The notes below the pieces were generated by a model. The model did not search any database and had not been told where the DNA came from. It was given only the letters and a program-made list of their open reading frames with translations. The translations under genes and the position numbers were made by a program. Below are positions 12,950-24,640 of a stretch of DNA of 64,000 nt, in pieces. This DNA is from Lama glama (lineage: Eukaryota). Location: contig CM052832.1 in the NCBI GenBank assembly GCA_028534125.1, forward strand, positions 22,570,001 to 22,634,000, read 5' to 3'. Position 1 is the first letter of the stretch; every line of letters starts with the position of its first letter.

Positions 12950-13190
12950 AACAGTTGTTTTTAGCCAGTTCTTAGGCAAGTGATTCCCCCCCATTAGCAT
13001 TCAGTACCTCCCCATAGAGCAGTGGCTTCTGGCAGATGGGTGGAGACTGCACATTTGTGGATAGAAGAGGTAGGTGTAGTTTGAAAAACTCCCAAGTGAT
13101 TCTGCTCTGGGGTATTCCTTCCTGGCCCTTCCCACACCCGACTCCCGTCCTGTCCCCCTCCATCTCTACACGCAACTTGAGAGGCTGATA
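12950..13190. mobile_element. hAT-Charlie (MER5-like) relic
   Basis: tttgaaaaactcccaagtgattctg and degenerate cag...ctg-type ends. Confidence 0.4.
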
Positions 13191-13256
13191 CTGAGTGTCT
13201 CAGATGGCTTAAGAAATTAATGTCTTCTTTGTTGAATGAGATTGGTTGCTGTAACT

Positions 13257-13700
13257 TATTTTAAAAAACAATTTTATTGAGGTGCAGTTCACACCAGATA
13301 CAATTTACTCATTTGAACTGTACAGTTCAGTGGCTTTAGTAGAATCACAGATATGTGCAGCCATTGCCACGGTCAATTTCAGAACATTTTCATGACCACA
13401 AAGAGAAACCCTGTGCTCTTTAATTATCCTTGTCCCCTGTTCCCCCTTCCCCACCCCACCAGCCCTAAACAGCCACTAGCTACTTTCTGTCTCTCTAGGT
13501 TGTTGTAATTTGGACGGTTCTTAAAAATGGAATCATGTAACATGTTGCCTTTTGTGATGACTTCTTTCACTTAGCACAGTGCTTTCAAGTTTCATTTGTG
13601 TTCTACAGTGTATCATTATTTGGTTCCTTTTTATTGCTAAAAAATATCCCATTGTATGGATATGCCATATTTATCCATTTTTCTGTAGGTTGACATTTCA
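13257..13700 (-). mobile_element. L1MB-type 3' end
   Basis: ttttattgaggtgcagttcac...gtacagttcagtggctttagt...cttctttcacttagcacagtg. Confidence 0.85.
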
Positions 13701-13820
13701 GACATTTTTTTGACATTGCATTTCAACTATGTAGTATATCATACAGTGTGTGAAATCATGAAATTAATTTTATTTTGGTGAAAGTAATGGATTATTGATG
13801 GCCGTATATGTATATGTGGC

Positions 13821-13850
13821 CACACACACACACACACACACACACCCCCC
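13821..13850. repeat. (CA)12 microsatellite followed by a C-run
   Basis: Directly visible. Confidence 0.95.
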
Positions 13851-14091
13851 CAGCTAACTCAAGAGAGTGGTGTAAGTTAAAAAGATTATAAACAATAATG
13901 GAAAAGTCTCCATAACCATCAATGAGACGTGGGGCTAATCAGTTTCAAATGCTGAAATGTGAATCTAGAGCCAGCGAAACTGGAACGAGTTAGCAGCGCT
14001 AAGGAACTCTCCAGGCTTCTCAGAGCAGTGGAATCAGTTTGCCTGTTCCTACTCCCACTGCTGCTAACTAGCAGTGACGTTTTATTTGCAG

Positions 14092-14103
14092 TCGAAAAGA
14101 CAG
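14092..14103 (+). other. Candidate 12-nt microexon, or 3' end of an alternative first exon
   Basis: ctgctaac (branch-like) ... gttttatttgcAG|TCGAAAAGACAG|GTAAGA. Confidence 0.35.
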
Positions 14104-16200
14104 GTAAGATTTAAATCAAAAAGAATTTCCAAAAAATAGATTCTTTACTTATTTACAGCAATCCCTTTCAACTTGAGCAAACATCTCTCTCAAAAAACAT
14201 AGCAGCTTTTAAACCACTGCCAAAATATTAGGGAAAATAGTTTTTTTTTCTTTTGTCTTGGCAGAGTGTACATAAACATACAATGCCTTGCTTAAATATT
14301 CATAGACTCCCAGCTCGCAGTACAGTAAGTTAATAATAAAATATTTTGAAGAGGGAACGATGCTGTGGAGCTTGTGATACCACTAATGGGTTTGAAGAGG
14401 ATGCTAATGCATTGTAGGAGGAAGTGAATTGAGCTCTCGTGTGTAAAGGAGGATTATAAAATATAATTATGAAAAAGCTATAGTGGCAGGCTTGAGGAAG
14501 TTCTGTTGATGTGTGGGTACTACAAACGACATGTTTTGTTGATGAGAAAGAAGGCTTAGATGGGTATTTACTGTGCTAGCAATCTTCTCTATCCGGGAAC
14601 ATGGAATGCATTATAGAAATGGCCATTTTGTGAACTCCAGAGTGAAAATTAAATAGTGTAAGATGGAGGCTGACAAGACCTATGCAGCTTTTCATTTCGA
14701 GTAACAGCTGTCTAGGAAGGTGAAGCTTTCCTATCGAGAACTTCATGAAGACACTGGAAGGAAAAAAATGTATATAACTGTCAAAGTAGACGAAGAACTA
14801 TTTTTTGGTAAAAAGAAGCTGAAGGAATGCTAGGATTGAATAATTCTTGGTATCCTGCTGGGAGTGGGGGAAGCATGAGGACCTTTCTGAATCACATTTC
14901 CTGGGTGCAGCATTGACAACTTGTTAGAAATTGTGGGCATCAGTGGGAGCAACTCTGCTGAGACAGGCAATGAGAACCTTGGCTTCTTTTTAAGTTTCCA
15001 GTTCTCATCTCATTTCTTTATCTAAGGTTCTGCCCCTTAAGGTAACATGAAAAAATGTTCTTAGAACAGTAATCTGATATTTACTGAAAAAAAGTACCAA
15101 TGCTTAATACTTCAGTATATGCAAGAACATCAAAGAGACAGATCTTGACTGATTCTGCTTTAGTTCCATAACCCCTTCCCTTTGTAAGAAATTCTTAACT
15201 ATATGCTTAAAGCCCAGTGTTTTACTCCAGTCTTTAAATAAAGGGTATATGTAAAATAGCAAAAAAGTTTGTTTTTCAGGAGCACATAAGTAAATGAGTG
15301 TTGCCCTTTGATGGAGCTGTTCGAGAAGATAAATCTGTGTTCTAATAATTTTGACATTGTTTGAAACCTTACGAAACGCTGTGTTTCTGTAAAGAAACTG
15401 TTTAAAAGTTAGAAAAAAAATTCTAAGACAAAATACGTGCAACGTGAAGTTTAAAAAGTTGGTAATTTTGCCATGTTGAGATCCTCTCTCTCCACCCCCA
15501 CCTTCTCTCCCACCTTCTCCTGATACAAGTAGAACTACTGATAAACCCAAATCCTCACCCTCATTTGCTCTCTTCCTCCACAGAGAAAGCCAGTCTTGAG
15601 AAACAGATGTGTACCTTTCCCACGCATTTTTTAAAAAGACTTCATTTTTATCGAGTAGTTTTATGTTTGCAACAAGATTTCCTATATACCTACACGTACG
15701 TGGTTTCCGCCATTATCAGATCATTCGCTACAATGGTACATTTTTTTTTTTTTAACCAAGGATGGACCTACATTGACACATCCAAAGTCCTATGTCTAAC
15801 AAAATGAACTGACCATATTTGTGTGGGTCTATTTTGATACGAAGACGGTTTGATAGCTGTTGCTTTATACTAGATCGTGAAATCACATAGTGTGGACTCT
15901 CCAACTTTCTCGTTTTTCGAAATTGTTTCAACTATTCTAATTCCTTTGTATATTTTAGATTCACTTGTTCCTATCTATAAAATTTCTACTAGGATTTTGA
16001 TGGGGGTCATGTTGAATTTATTTATAGATCAATTTGAGGAAAATTTTTGTATAAATAATATCGAGTCCTCTCATAGAAGAAGATGACATCTCTCTATTTT
16101 ATATAGGTTTTCTTTGATTTATTTCATCAATGTTTCAAAGTTTTTAGCTTATAGATCCTGCACATATTTTATTAGATTTATATCTAGGTATAAATGATAC

Positions 16201-16577
16201 CTTTTATTTTTAAAATTTTATTTTTGTTTATTATTTTAGTTGAGGTATAGTTGATTTACAATGGTGTGTTAGTTTCTGGTGTATAGCACAGTGATTCAGT
16301 TACATATATTCTTTTTCATCATAGGGAAAATTATTACAAAATATTGAATGTAGTTCCCTGTACTATTCATTAGGACCTTGTTGTTTATATGTTTTATGTA
16401 TAGTAGTTTGTATCTGCTAGTCCTGAACTCCTAATTTATCCACCCGGCTCCATCTTTCCCCTTTAGTAACCATAAGTTTGTTTTCTATGTCTGAATTTCT
16501 TTCTGTTTTATAAATTCCTTTGTATGGTTTTTTTTAAGATTCCATGAATAAGTGTTATCATATGATACTTGTCTTTC
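16201..16577 (-). mobile_element. Younger cetartiodactyl L1 3' end, 5'-truncated
   Basis: gaggtatagttgatttacaatggtgtgttagtttctggtgtatagcacagtgattcagtt; T-rich tail on the left; TSD TAAATGATAC at 16191-16200 and 16578-16587. Confidence 0.9.
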
Positions 16578-16905
16578 TAAATGATACTGTTTTTAAATTT
16601 CTACTTCCAAATGTTCATGTCTAGTATGTAGAAATGTTATTGAATTGCACTGAATTTATATATATATTTGGAGAGAATTCTTATCTAAGATATTTCAACT
16701 TTTAGTCATCTGAAATAGTTTTCCTTTTATCTAGGTGTACTTTTATGTCTTTCAGTACTTTTCCTCCTAGTTCTTTATAATTTTGTGGCCATTGCAAATT
16801 GTATCATAATATGATTTTACTTATAATTGTTTCTTATTGCATGGAAATGCTATTACATTTTGCATTTTAATCTTGCACTCAGAAATACTGCTCAAAACTG
16901 TAATT

Positions 16906-17375
16906 CAGCACTGTTCAGTAGAAATGTAATGTGAACCACATAAGTAACTTAAAATTTTCTGGCAGCCACATTCAAGCAAAGAAAAAAAAAATTGAGGTGA
17001 AATTAAGTTTAATAATCTATTTAATCCAGTGCATCAAAAATGTTATCACTTTTAATATGATCAATATATAAATTATTAATGAGATATTTTCTTTTTTTTT
17101 ATACTAAGTCACCAAATCTGGTACGTATTTTATACTCAGAGGAAATCTCAAATTGGATGATTAGCTTTCAGTGATTAAAAGTAAAATGTAGTTCTTCTAA
17201 AACAATGAAATCCCACCAAAACAATAATGTTTAATAAAAATATTTTATATTGCTTCAGTTTTAACATTCACTTTTAAATTAATTAAATTAAATAAAAATT
17301 CCACCATCCAATTAGTCACATTTCAGGTGCTCCAGAGACACAGAAAGCTAGTGGCTACCTTATTAGACATTGTAG
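16906..17375. mobile_element. hAT-Charlie element (MER33/Charlie5-like)
   Basis: cagcactgttcagtagaaatgtaatgtgaaccaca...gctagtggctaccttattagacattgtag; 8-bp TSD CTGTAATT/CTCTAATT (7/8). Confidence 0.85.
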
Positions 17376-18024
17376 CTCTAATTAGTTCTAATATTTTTTA
17401 TTATTCTTTATAATATCTTGGTCTTACGTTCTATTTTCCATTCTCCTGTTTTCTTCAAGTATGTTCCATTGTTCATTTTTTTCTAATTGGATCATTATTT
17501 CATTAATTTAAAATTTTCCTTTCATGTTAGTGTAATCAATTTAAGATTATAAATGTCTTCGAAGTACTGCTTTACTTGTATCTCATTGTCATTCAGTTTT
17601 ACATTTGTTCTCATTCCATTTTCACATATTCTCTGACCCGTGAATAACTTAGGGATGCTTTTTCAAATTTCCAGACATACGAGTGGGCTTAGTACTAGTG
17701 TTACTATTATTTCAATCTTATTGCATCACAGAGACCTTAGTTAATATAATGTACTCTTTGGTATTTGTTGAAACTTGATTTGTGGCCTAGTATCTTCCAT
17801 CTATCTTTATAAAAGAGCAAGCTCTAAATTTAGTTCATCTTTACTAATTTTTAGCCAGTGTGGTCTATTAATTTCTAAAAGGCATCCTTTTACAAACCCC
17901 TACTGTAATTATTTTGTCAATTTCCTTGTAATTTTGGGAATTTGGGGGGGGATTCTTGAATAAAGTATTTGAGACTGTATTTTTGAGAGCACACAGTTCT
18001 GAATCATTCTATCCTTCTGTAGTG

Positions 18025-18122
18025 GTGTCTGTCTGTCTGTCTTTGTATCTATCTATCTACATATATATGTATGTATCATCCGTCTATCCTTTTGCCTATC
18101 TATCCATCCATCCATCTTTCTA
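18025..18122. repeat. (TCTG)n/(TCTA)n/(TCCA)n tetranucleotide tract
   Basis: Directly visible, degenerate. Confidence 0.8.
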
Positions 18123-18219
18123 TATGGTCTTTTGTTTAATGTTTGCCTGATGGACCCTTTTACATTGCTTTAGTTTATGTGTCACTACACGTGTTTGTTG
18201 TTTACTGCATTGTGTTTTT

Positions 18220-18681
18220 TATTTCCAGCTTGCTTCCTGCAAAACAAACCCTGTGACTCAGATTTGGGTGCAACAGATTTATTTGGGGAAGTGAGGTCAG
18301 GAAGCTCATGTGAGAAAATCAGAGAAGGGAGATGGGAGAAAAGCCAGTGACATTTGTACAAATAAGCAGATAACCACAGTAGGGAACTGGGGCTCAGTTG
18401 TCCTGAGGATGCTCTGAGAAATCTTCCCCTGGGGGCTGGGGAGGCTGGGAGATTTTACAGTGACACTACCTTTGAGGGTTGTCCTGAATGTTAACTTCTC
18501 ACACATCCTGATTGATTCTCCTTGCAGTCAGAAAGCTTACAAAACCCTCAGGCAGGTACGAAGAGAACCAGGTGTTCCACAGGTAGGACACTCTCTGGGT
18601 TCACGTGACCAGTAGCCGCTTTAGAGGACCTCAGGTGGAAGGAAGGGTTGTGGAGCTGGGCATCAACAGTGTCTAGCTTCA
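18220..18681 (-). mobile_element. ERVL solo LTR (LTR33-like)
   Basis: gatttgggtgcaacagatttatttggggaagtgagg; gggaactggggctcagttgtcctgagg; gggcatcaacagtgtct. Confidence 0.75.
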
Positions 18682-18689
18682 ATTTAACT

Positions 18690-20650
18690 ATGTCTGGGTT
18701 TAATTTTTTAAATACAATCTGAGAATCACTGTTTTTCAGCTGGTTTTTTTTTTTGTCTGTTTAAATTTATTTAGCTCCCCCCCCCCGCTTACTTTAATGC
18801 TATTTATCTATTACATTTTTCTTGGTTTCCTTTTTTTTCTCTTCTCCTAATATGTATTAAATGCATTAAATTTTGTTTATGCTGATTCTTCCCTCTTCTA
18901 CTGGTTTTGAAAATAAAAGCTTTGCATTTTTTAATGGCTACCCTTAAAATTTGAATAGGAAATATTTGATCCAAAGTTATTTATCTCTAACTTCTTTAAC
19001 ACAATGCAAGAAGCTAGACTTCTTTATCTGCAACTTCCTCTCTCTACCCACTAATATATGTGGGTAATTGTGCAATATTTCAGTTTATACTTCGTCTTTA
19101 TTTTACTACATTTAGTTATTATTTTTTCTACAGTCAATGCTTGCTTACTAATTTGTTCTCCATTGTTTCTCACATCCCACTCCTTCCATTTTGGGTTCAG
19201 TTTCTTGTTTCATTAAATATATCTTTTAGCTGTCTTTTAGCACTTCTTTCTGCAGACATTTATTAAGTGGTAAATTTCCTTAGCTTTTATTTTTTTTGGA
19301 CAAAATGGTTTTTTTTTCTACTTTAAAAAAATAGCTAAACTTTGGTTTGACAGTTATTTTCTGTAAGTATTTTCAATATATTACTCCCTTATGTGACCTC
19401 TGTTGTCTGCTGTCTAATTTTTATCCCATTTAGATAATTTACTCTTCCATCCGTTGGCTTTAAAATTTGTTTCTCTCTCTCTCTTTTTTTTTTTTTTTTT
19501 TTTTTAGTATTCTTTGTTTTCATAATAATGTGCTGGGTGTGGATTTATTTTTATTTATGCTGCTTTACAGTTATTGGACACACATCTTCAATCTGAAGAC
19601 TTGTCTCTCATAATTTCTAAAAAACTTTCAGTCGTGGTCTTGCATATTGCCTTTCTCTGTTTTTTTGGGGGGAACTACATTTGCTGTGTGTTGGAATTCC
19701 TACCATGTCTCGTCACCACTTTCTTATATTTTCCATTTCTGTGATTTCTAGTCCTTTATTTTGTGCAGTTTCGTCAGATCCATATTTCAGTTTACACATT
19801 TTCACAGCTGTTTCTAATCTATTTTTTTATTTATCCATTGGGTTTTTCATTTCAATGATTATATTTTTTATTTGTGTGGGTTCTAATTGGCTTATTTTCA
19901 ATGTCTTGTTTCTAGCCTTGGTAACTTGGCAATTGGATGTTACGCCTTTAATTATTCTACTTATTTTATTCACTTTCTGATTATTGGTTTACCTTCTGCA
20001 GTTTTTGCAATTCTAATCCTGCTTAGTCTTACACATGTTGGATTTTTTTTTTTTTTGGAATTTGGTAATTTTCATTGTGATCATATCTTGTAAGTGAGGC
20101 TTATCTTTCCCATGACAGCCCTTTGGACCTGAGTTTGGGAATTGTCTAGATGCCCCCGGACTACCAGTTGTTCATGACCATGCTTTGTATTAGTTCCCAG
20201 CTTGGAGTTTCCCAGACAGTGTCGTAATATCTCACCACGAAGAAAGCATGTCTGGATTTGCATTTTCAAGAAGAACTTTTGTTTGTTTCTTTTGCTTTTC
20301 CAGCAGAGTCTAGACAAAGACAGATAACTTTCCTTCTTGCTTGTTTTCTCCCTGTGCCTATTGACAGATATTTTCCCCTTGTCCTCTCTCCCTGTATTCT
20401 CTCCTAAGACCCCAGTTTTATGAGCCATTTTCTCTCTGTCCTCCTTTTTTCCATAGGGGACGGCATTACCTTCAGTCATCCCTAGGTGATCAAGATAGAA
20501 TCTTCTCCATAGGGTTTTCCCGTTTCCTGCCCGTTTGATTTTTGGTTCCTCTTTTTTCACTTGGCTTCTTGAGATCACCTTTTAATTCCTAAAAGCACAG
20601 CTAAGCATTCAGAACACTTCCGGTTATCTCTTATACACTATTTCCAAGAG
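18690..20650 (-). mobile_element. Ancient L1 ORF1/5' region, decayed
   Basis: T-rich antisense L1 phrases: ctttggtttgacagttattttct, cttcaatctgaagacttgtct, tttttcatttcaatgattatattttt. Confidence 0.65.
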
Positions 20651-21215
20651 TTTGTATTGGGCGAGCCTTCAGACTTAGTTGGCCATGTTGTTGGAACTGA
20701 AAATCCTGCAATTACCCTTTTGAAATAGATTTCATAACACCTTTATGATCTGCAGACCAATTAATCTTACATTACATGCCCAAGGTAGCAGAGGTTCAAA
20801 TAACAGCCCATGGGGACAGTGGCACTAGATTTGTCTCCACTTTAAGATTTGAAATAGACTTTTATGAGAATAAAGTGAACAGAATGTATATTTTTTCAAT
20901 GTACATTGTGCAGTGCTGTCATATTATACAGAATCTATGACATTAAGTAGACTAAACTTAAAAACTCAATATTTGTGCATTTTCCCTGTGTCCAGGAGTG
21001 CTGCTGAATAATTCACAGTCATAACAAATAAAATGAATCCATCACATTTTAAACTACACTTTTAGCTGACCCAGAGTTTTGAGAATTTTTGTCTTCCTTT
21101 TTCTTTCTTTCTTTATTTTTCTATGTATACCCTTTCTGAGATAATCTGACATTTGGCTGACAATGATTTAAATAGAACTTAATCTGGTCAACAGGAAAAA
21201 AATGTAGAAACTTAC

Positions 21216-21311
21216 CTTGCTCAAACTCTGAAATCCACAAATTTTCTGTTTATCATGGTAACTTGCACACCTGTGATACAGGAATAGAGTCTCAGGTGTG
21301 TATTTGGTTGT
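21216..21311 (-). other. Candidate 96-nt exon on the minus strand (antisense or cryptic)
   Basis: Acceptor cttttgacttcttttgtcatttcAG| and donor AAG|GTAAGT; phase-0 frame open: TTKYTPETLFLYHRCASYHDKQKICGFQSLSK (not recognised). Confidence 0.3.
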
Positions 21312-21834
21312 CTGAAATGACAAAAGAAGTCAAAAGTTGCCCTTGTACCATATGGGATAATTGCCATGTAATTTTGTTTTAAAACAATTCTTAAAATGAC
21401 TAAGGAAGACAAAAATAACCCCTTTGAAGAATCAGACGCATTCAGTTATGAATATGTTGAACATGTTAGCCTTGTTTACTGCAGTATGATTTTAGTGACC
21501 TTCAGAGAGGGTCTTGTATAGAAGAGTCACTCCTGAGTAACTAGAGATTCTCCACCTGACTTCAGAAGTGCAGACCGTGGTAGGAAGGTTTCCTGGGAGG
21601 CTTTTGTCAACTGGCCATGAAGAGACAAGGTATAGAAATGGAGAAATAAGCATAAAGCTTCTTCAATAGAAATAGACTCTTGTAAAACACTAAAAAAGTA
21701 GGATGGATAAAACAAACTCAAACTGTGCATATAATTGAGAGGATAGATGGGGCCAGGTACAGATTCAGAGGCTTCTAACCCTAAAATTAGAGAGTATTTT
21801 GTACCCAGGATGGTACAGTAACTCGCAAAATCCT

Positions 21835-21935
21835 TCAAGACAAAGACTGTTTAATTTACTTCTATGTTCTTCATGTCCAGAAGAATACTTCATATACAGC
21901 AGTTTATTAAATCTGTTTAACTGAAGAAATGAAAA
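21835..21935 (+). mobile_element. L2 3' terminus
   Basis: gacaaagactgtttaatttacttctatgttc...tttattaaatctgtttaactgaagaaatgaa. Confidence 0.5.
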
Positions 21936-22430
21936 GAAATTGTGGGGTGGAGGCAGTGCCCTAACTTAAATGTATTCTAGCTTTTAGACCTTGCTATTCA
22001 ATGTGTCTTTATTTCTCCATACTTTTAGAATTGACTATGCTATTTTAATATTACCTCAAATATTATAGTTTATTTCAGATAAGTATAATCAGCAAATTAT
22101 CTGCTTTAACTTCCCATAATTATCTACAACTAGAGGAAGTCTACCTGTTGAGATTTTCCTAGTTTAAAAAGACACCACTATCCATTTGGTAGAAATGACC
22201 TGAATTGTAGGTAGGGCATGTTTTAAAATTCATTTCTGTGTCAGTGGTAAGTGTATCATATTGACGTAGAACTTGTTTCTTTAAGATATGGTCTTTATTT
22301 CAAGATGATATAAAGGTAAAGGACTGGCAAGTATAGTCTGAACATTGACTAAATAATTCATACAAGGTTCTGTATATCTGGAAACAATTTAGTCTCATAT
22401 TCAAAGAATAACACATAGATGTTAATAGTG

Positions 22431-22452
22431 TTATCTGCCCCTATTTATAGGG
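22431..22452. promoter_or_regulatory. Adjacent GATA and MEF2 consensus motifs
   Basis: TTATCT (22431-22436) and CTATTTATAG (22441-22450, matches CTA[A/T]4TAG). Confidence 0.35.
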
Positions 22453-22807
22453 CACCTTAGTGTTCTCAGCTAAACTGGAATATTGTTGGTTTTCTATTTA
22501 CTGCCTTACAACGTGTTTTTCTCTGGGGACTGATCAGTGTGATATGTGTTTTGAATTGCTTTTCTGATGAAGTGATAGCTTGGACATACTCATACAAATT
22601 CTGTCACCTTGTTTTTGGCAAATAGCTGGCCAGTGTTTAAGCAGGTGGCATCTAACGATGAAAAAGAGCTTTTTTTTTTCTGTGAAGATCACTGTTTACT
22701 AATGAATCAAGTCCTCTTCTTCAGTCTCATTTTTACCATTACTGTATATTATTTGTGTATATTATGAAAATGTGTACAACCATCCATTGACCTGTCTTTC
22801 TGGCTAG

Positions 22808-23001
22808 TGGATATTTGTTCCAGCCCAAAACATCCATAAGACTTAGTGCCTAAGACATTTCGTCCATGCCAAAGGAACCTTGAAATTTTGTCTTATTCAA
22901 AATGTCCATAAGACATTTGGTCCACACCAAAATATCCTTGAAATATGGTCCTATCCAAAATATCCATGAGCATATTTGGTCCATGTCAAATGGTTTTGGA
23001 C
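22808..23001. repeat. Degenerate array of six ~29-bp self-complementary units (~58-bp dimer period)
   Basis: Consensus approximately gacatttggtcc-N4-ccaaaatatcc; exact CCAAAATATCC at 22927-22937 and 22955-22965. Confidence 0.85.
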
Positions 23002-23449
23002 AGTCTATCTTCTAGTTGTCTACTGATTTTACCCTGTAGTATAAGCAGTATTTTATGATCCTGGAATCTAAATACAATTGGACAGTAAGGACCAACATTA
23101 AAAAGAAAAAAGCAAATATATCAAAGATCATTCAGAGAAACAGGAGACATTTAACAGGAACTTATGATTAATTGGTTACTATAGCTGAGGCTAAACTTGG
23201 CTCTGTGCTTCACAAAGGACAAAGCACAATATAGGCTTGGCACAAAAACAGTACAGAAGCCCAAAGGGTTAGATGGTATTTACTGAATGGTAGTTAGGGA
23301 GGCTACAAGTTATTTTGGAAAGACAATTACAATTTTGGAAGAAATCTGTCATTTGGATCTCTATGTAAGGGACATTGGGTAGCAAGATAAACAATGTTTT
23401 GTGTTATTTTATAACAGATGCAGAGTCCTTCCAAAAATGGAAGCTAGTA

Positions 23450-23765
23450 AGAGCATACCTAGGAGATACTGCAAGTTCAGTTCCAAATCACCGTAATAAA
23501 GTGAGAATTGCAATTAAGCTACTCAGATCAAATTTTTTTGTTTCCCAACATATATTAAAGTTATGTGTACACTGAACTGTATAGTCTATTAAGTGTGCAA
23601 TAGCATTATGTTTAAAAATGTGTACACCTTAATTAAAAATATTATTGGAAAAATGGCACCAATAGACTTGCTCAATACAGGGTTGCCACAGACCATCAGT
23701 TTGTGAAAAAACATAGTATCTGCAAAGCACAATAAAGTGAAATGCAATAAAATGAGATCTGCCTG
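23450..23765. mobile_element. Tigger1 internal-deletion derivative (Tigger1a-like MITE)
   Basis: Both Tigger1 termini (gcatacctaggagatactgcaagttcagttcc... and ...aataaaatgagatctgcctg) joined within ~315 bp; TA on both sides. Confidence 0.9.
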
Positions 23766-24554
23766 TATATATGGGTTATAACAGCTGAAGTTATAACATG
23801 AAATTACAACTCAGAAAAGACATTTAAAAAAAATCTAAGTTAATGGAATTGATTTACTCTGTTTCTGATGACCAAACTTAATTGAATGAGAGTTTCCTCT
23901 TGTGCCGCTGGTTCCAATATTAGAGTTACAATCCATTTCAGTATCAAAGTTTAAGCCATGGCTAAATTATCTGACCAGACTAAGGGGAGAGCCTTTGCAC
24001 TGTTTATTAAAAAAGAAGCCCATATGCTTTAGACACCAGACACACTGGTGTGAAATGTTCGGACATGGTTCTCACCCATGGAGGTAGATGGTGACAAGGG
24101 TTGTATAAATAAGGCCATTATTATTTTTAAGAAAAATAGAATTCAGTCTCTTCTAGCGCTGGAACAAGTACTTAGAGAAGGTCCTAGCATTCTGAATGTG
24201 TAGTATGAAAACTTTTAACCTGAAAAATAAATGCAAGCGTTGTTGTTACCAGTTGGACACAAACCATCAAAGAGCCCTGTAGGGCATCTAACTTTGGAAG
24301 AACTCTGCATTCTCTTTGGGCCCCTGGAAATTGGGTCATAGTCCCCCATCTACTGTGCAGCTTTCTGTTGGTAGATAACAGAGGCAAACCCAGAGTTTGC
24401 CTTGTACCCCTGACCTTGATCGTTCACACGGGCTTCTTTTCTTGTCAGTCGTGATGGGAAAAGAGAGACCTGGGGAGAGACCTGGCCCACGTCCTGTTCG
24501 TGTATGGCCTGTGGGCTAGAAGTAGTGCCTGTATTTTTTCTTTTGTCCCTCTAG

Positions 24555-24603
24555 TCTTTATTTTTCTTAATTGAACTATAGTTGATTTACAATGTTGTTA
24601 GGT
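24555..24603 (-). mobile_element. Very short L1 3' terminus
   Basis: tttttcttaattgaactatagttgatttacaatgttgttag. Confidence 0.7.
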
Positions 24604-24640
24604 GTGACTTGTAGGGAGGTGGAAGGGCCCTGGGTACATG

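Larger units (their letters stand above)
15625..18015 (-). mobile_element. Patchwork of old L1 fragments (L1MC-type 3' end, ORF2 pieces)
   Basis: ctccaactttctcgtttttc, ggattttgatgggggtcatgttgaattta and EN-region phrases; interrupted by younger inserts. Confidence 0.75.

Noticed and set aside
20081..20578. 165-aa minus-strand ORF
   Set aside because: Lies in a decayed L1 5' region; K/R/E-rich from A-rich strand bias; no recognisable protein.
22808..23001. CRISPR-like look of the palindromic repeat array
   Set aside because: No unique 25-45 bp spacers, degenerate units, no cas genes, mammalian context.
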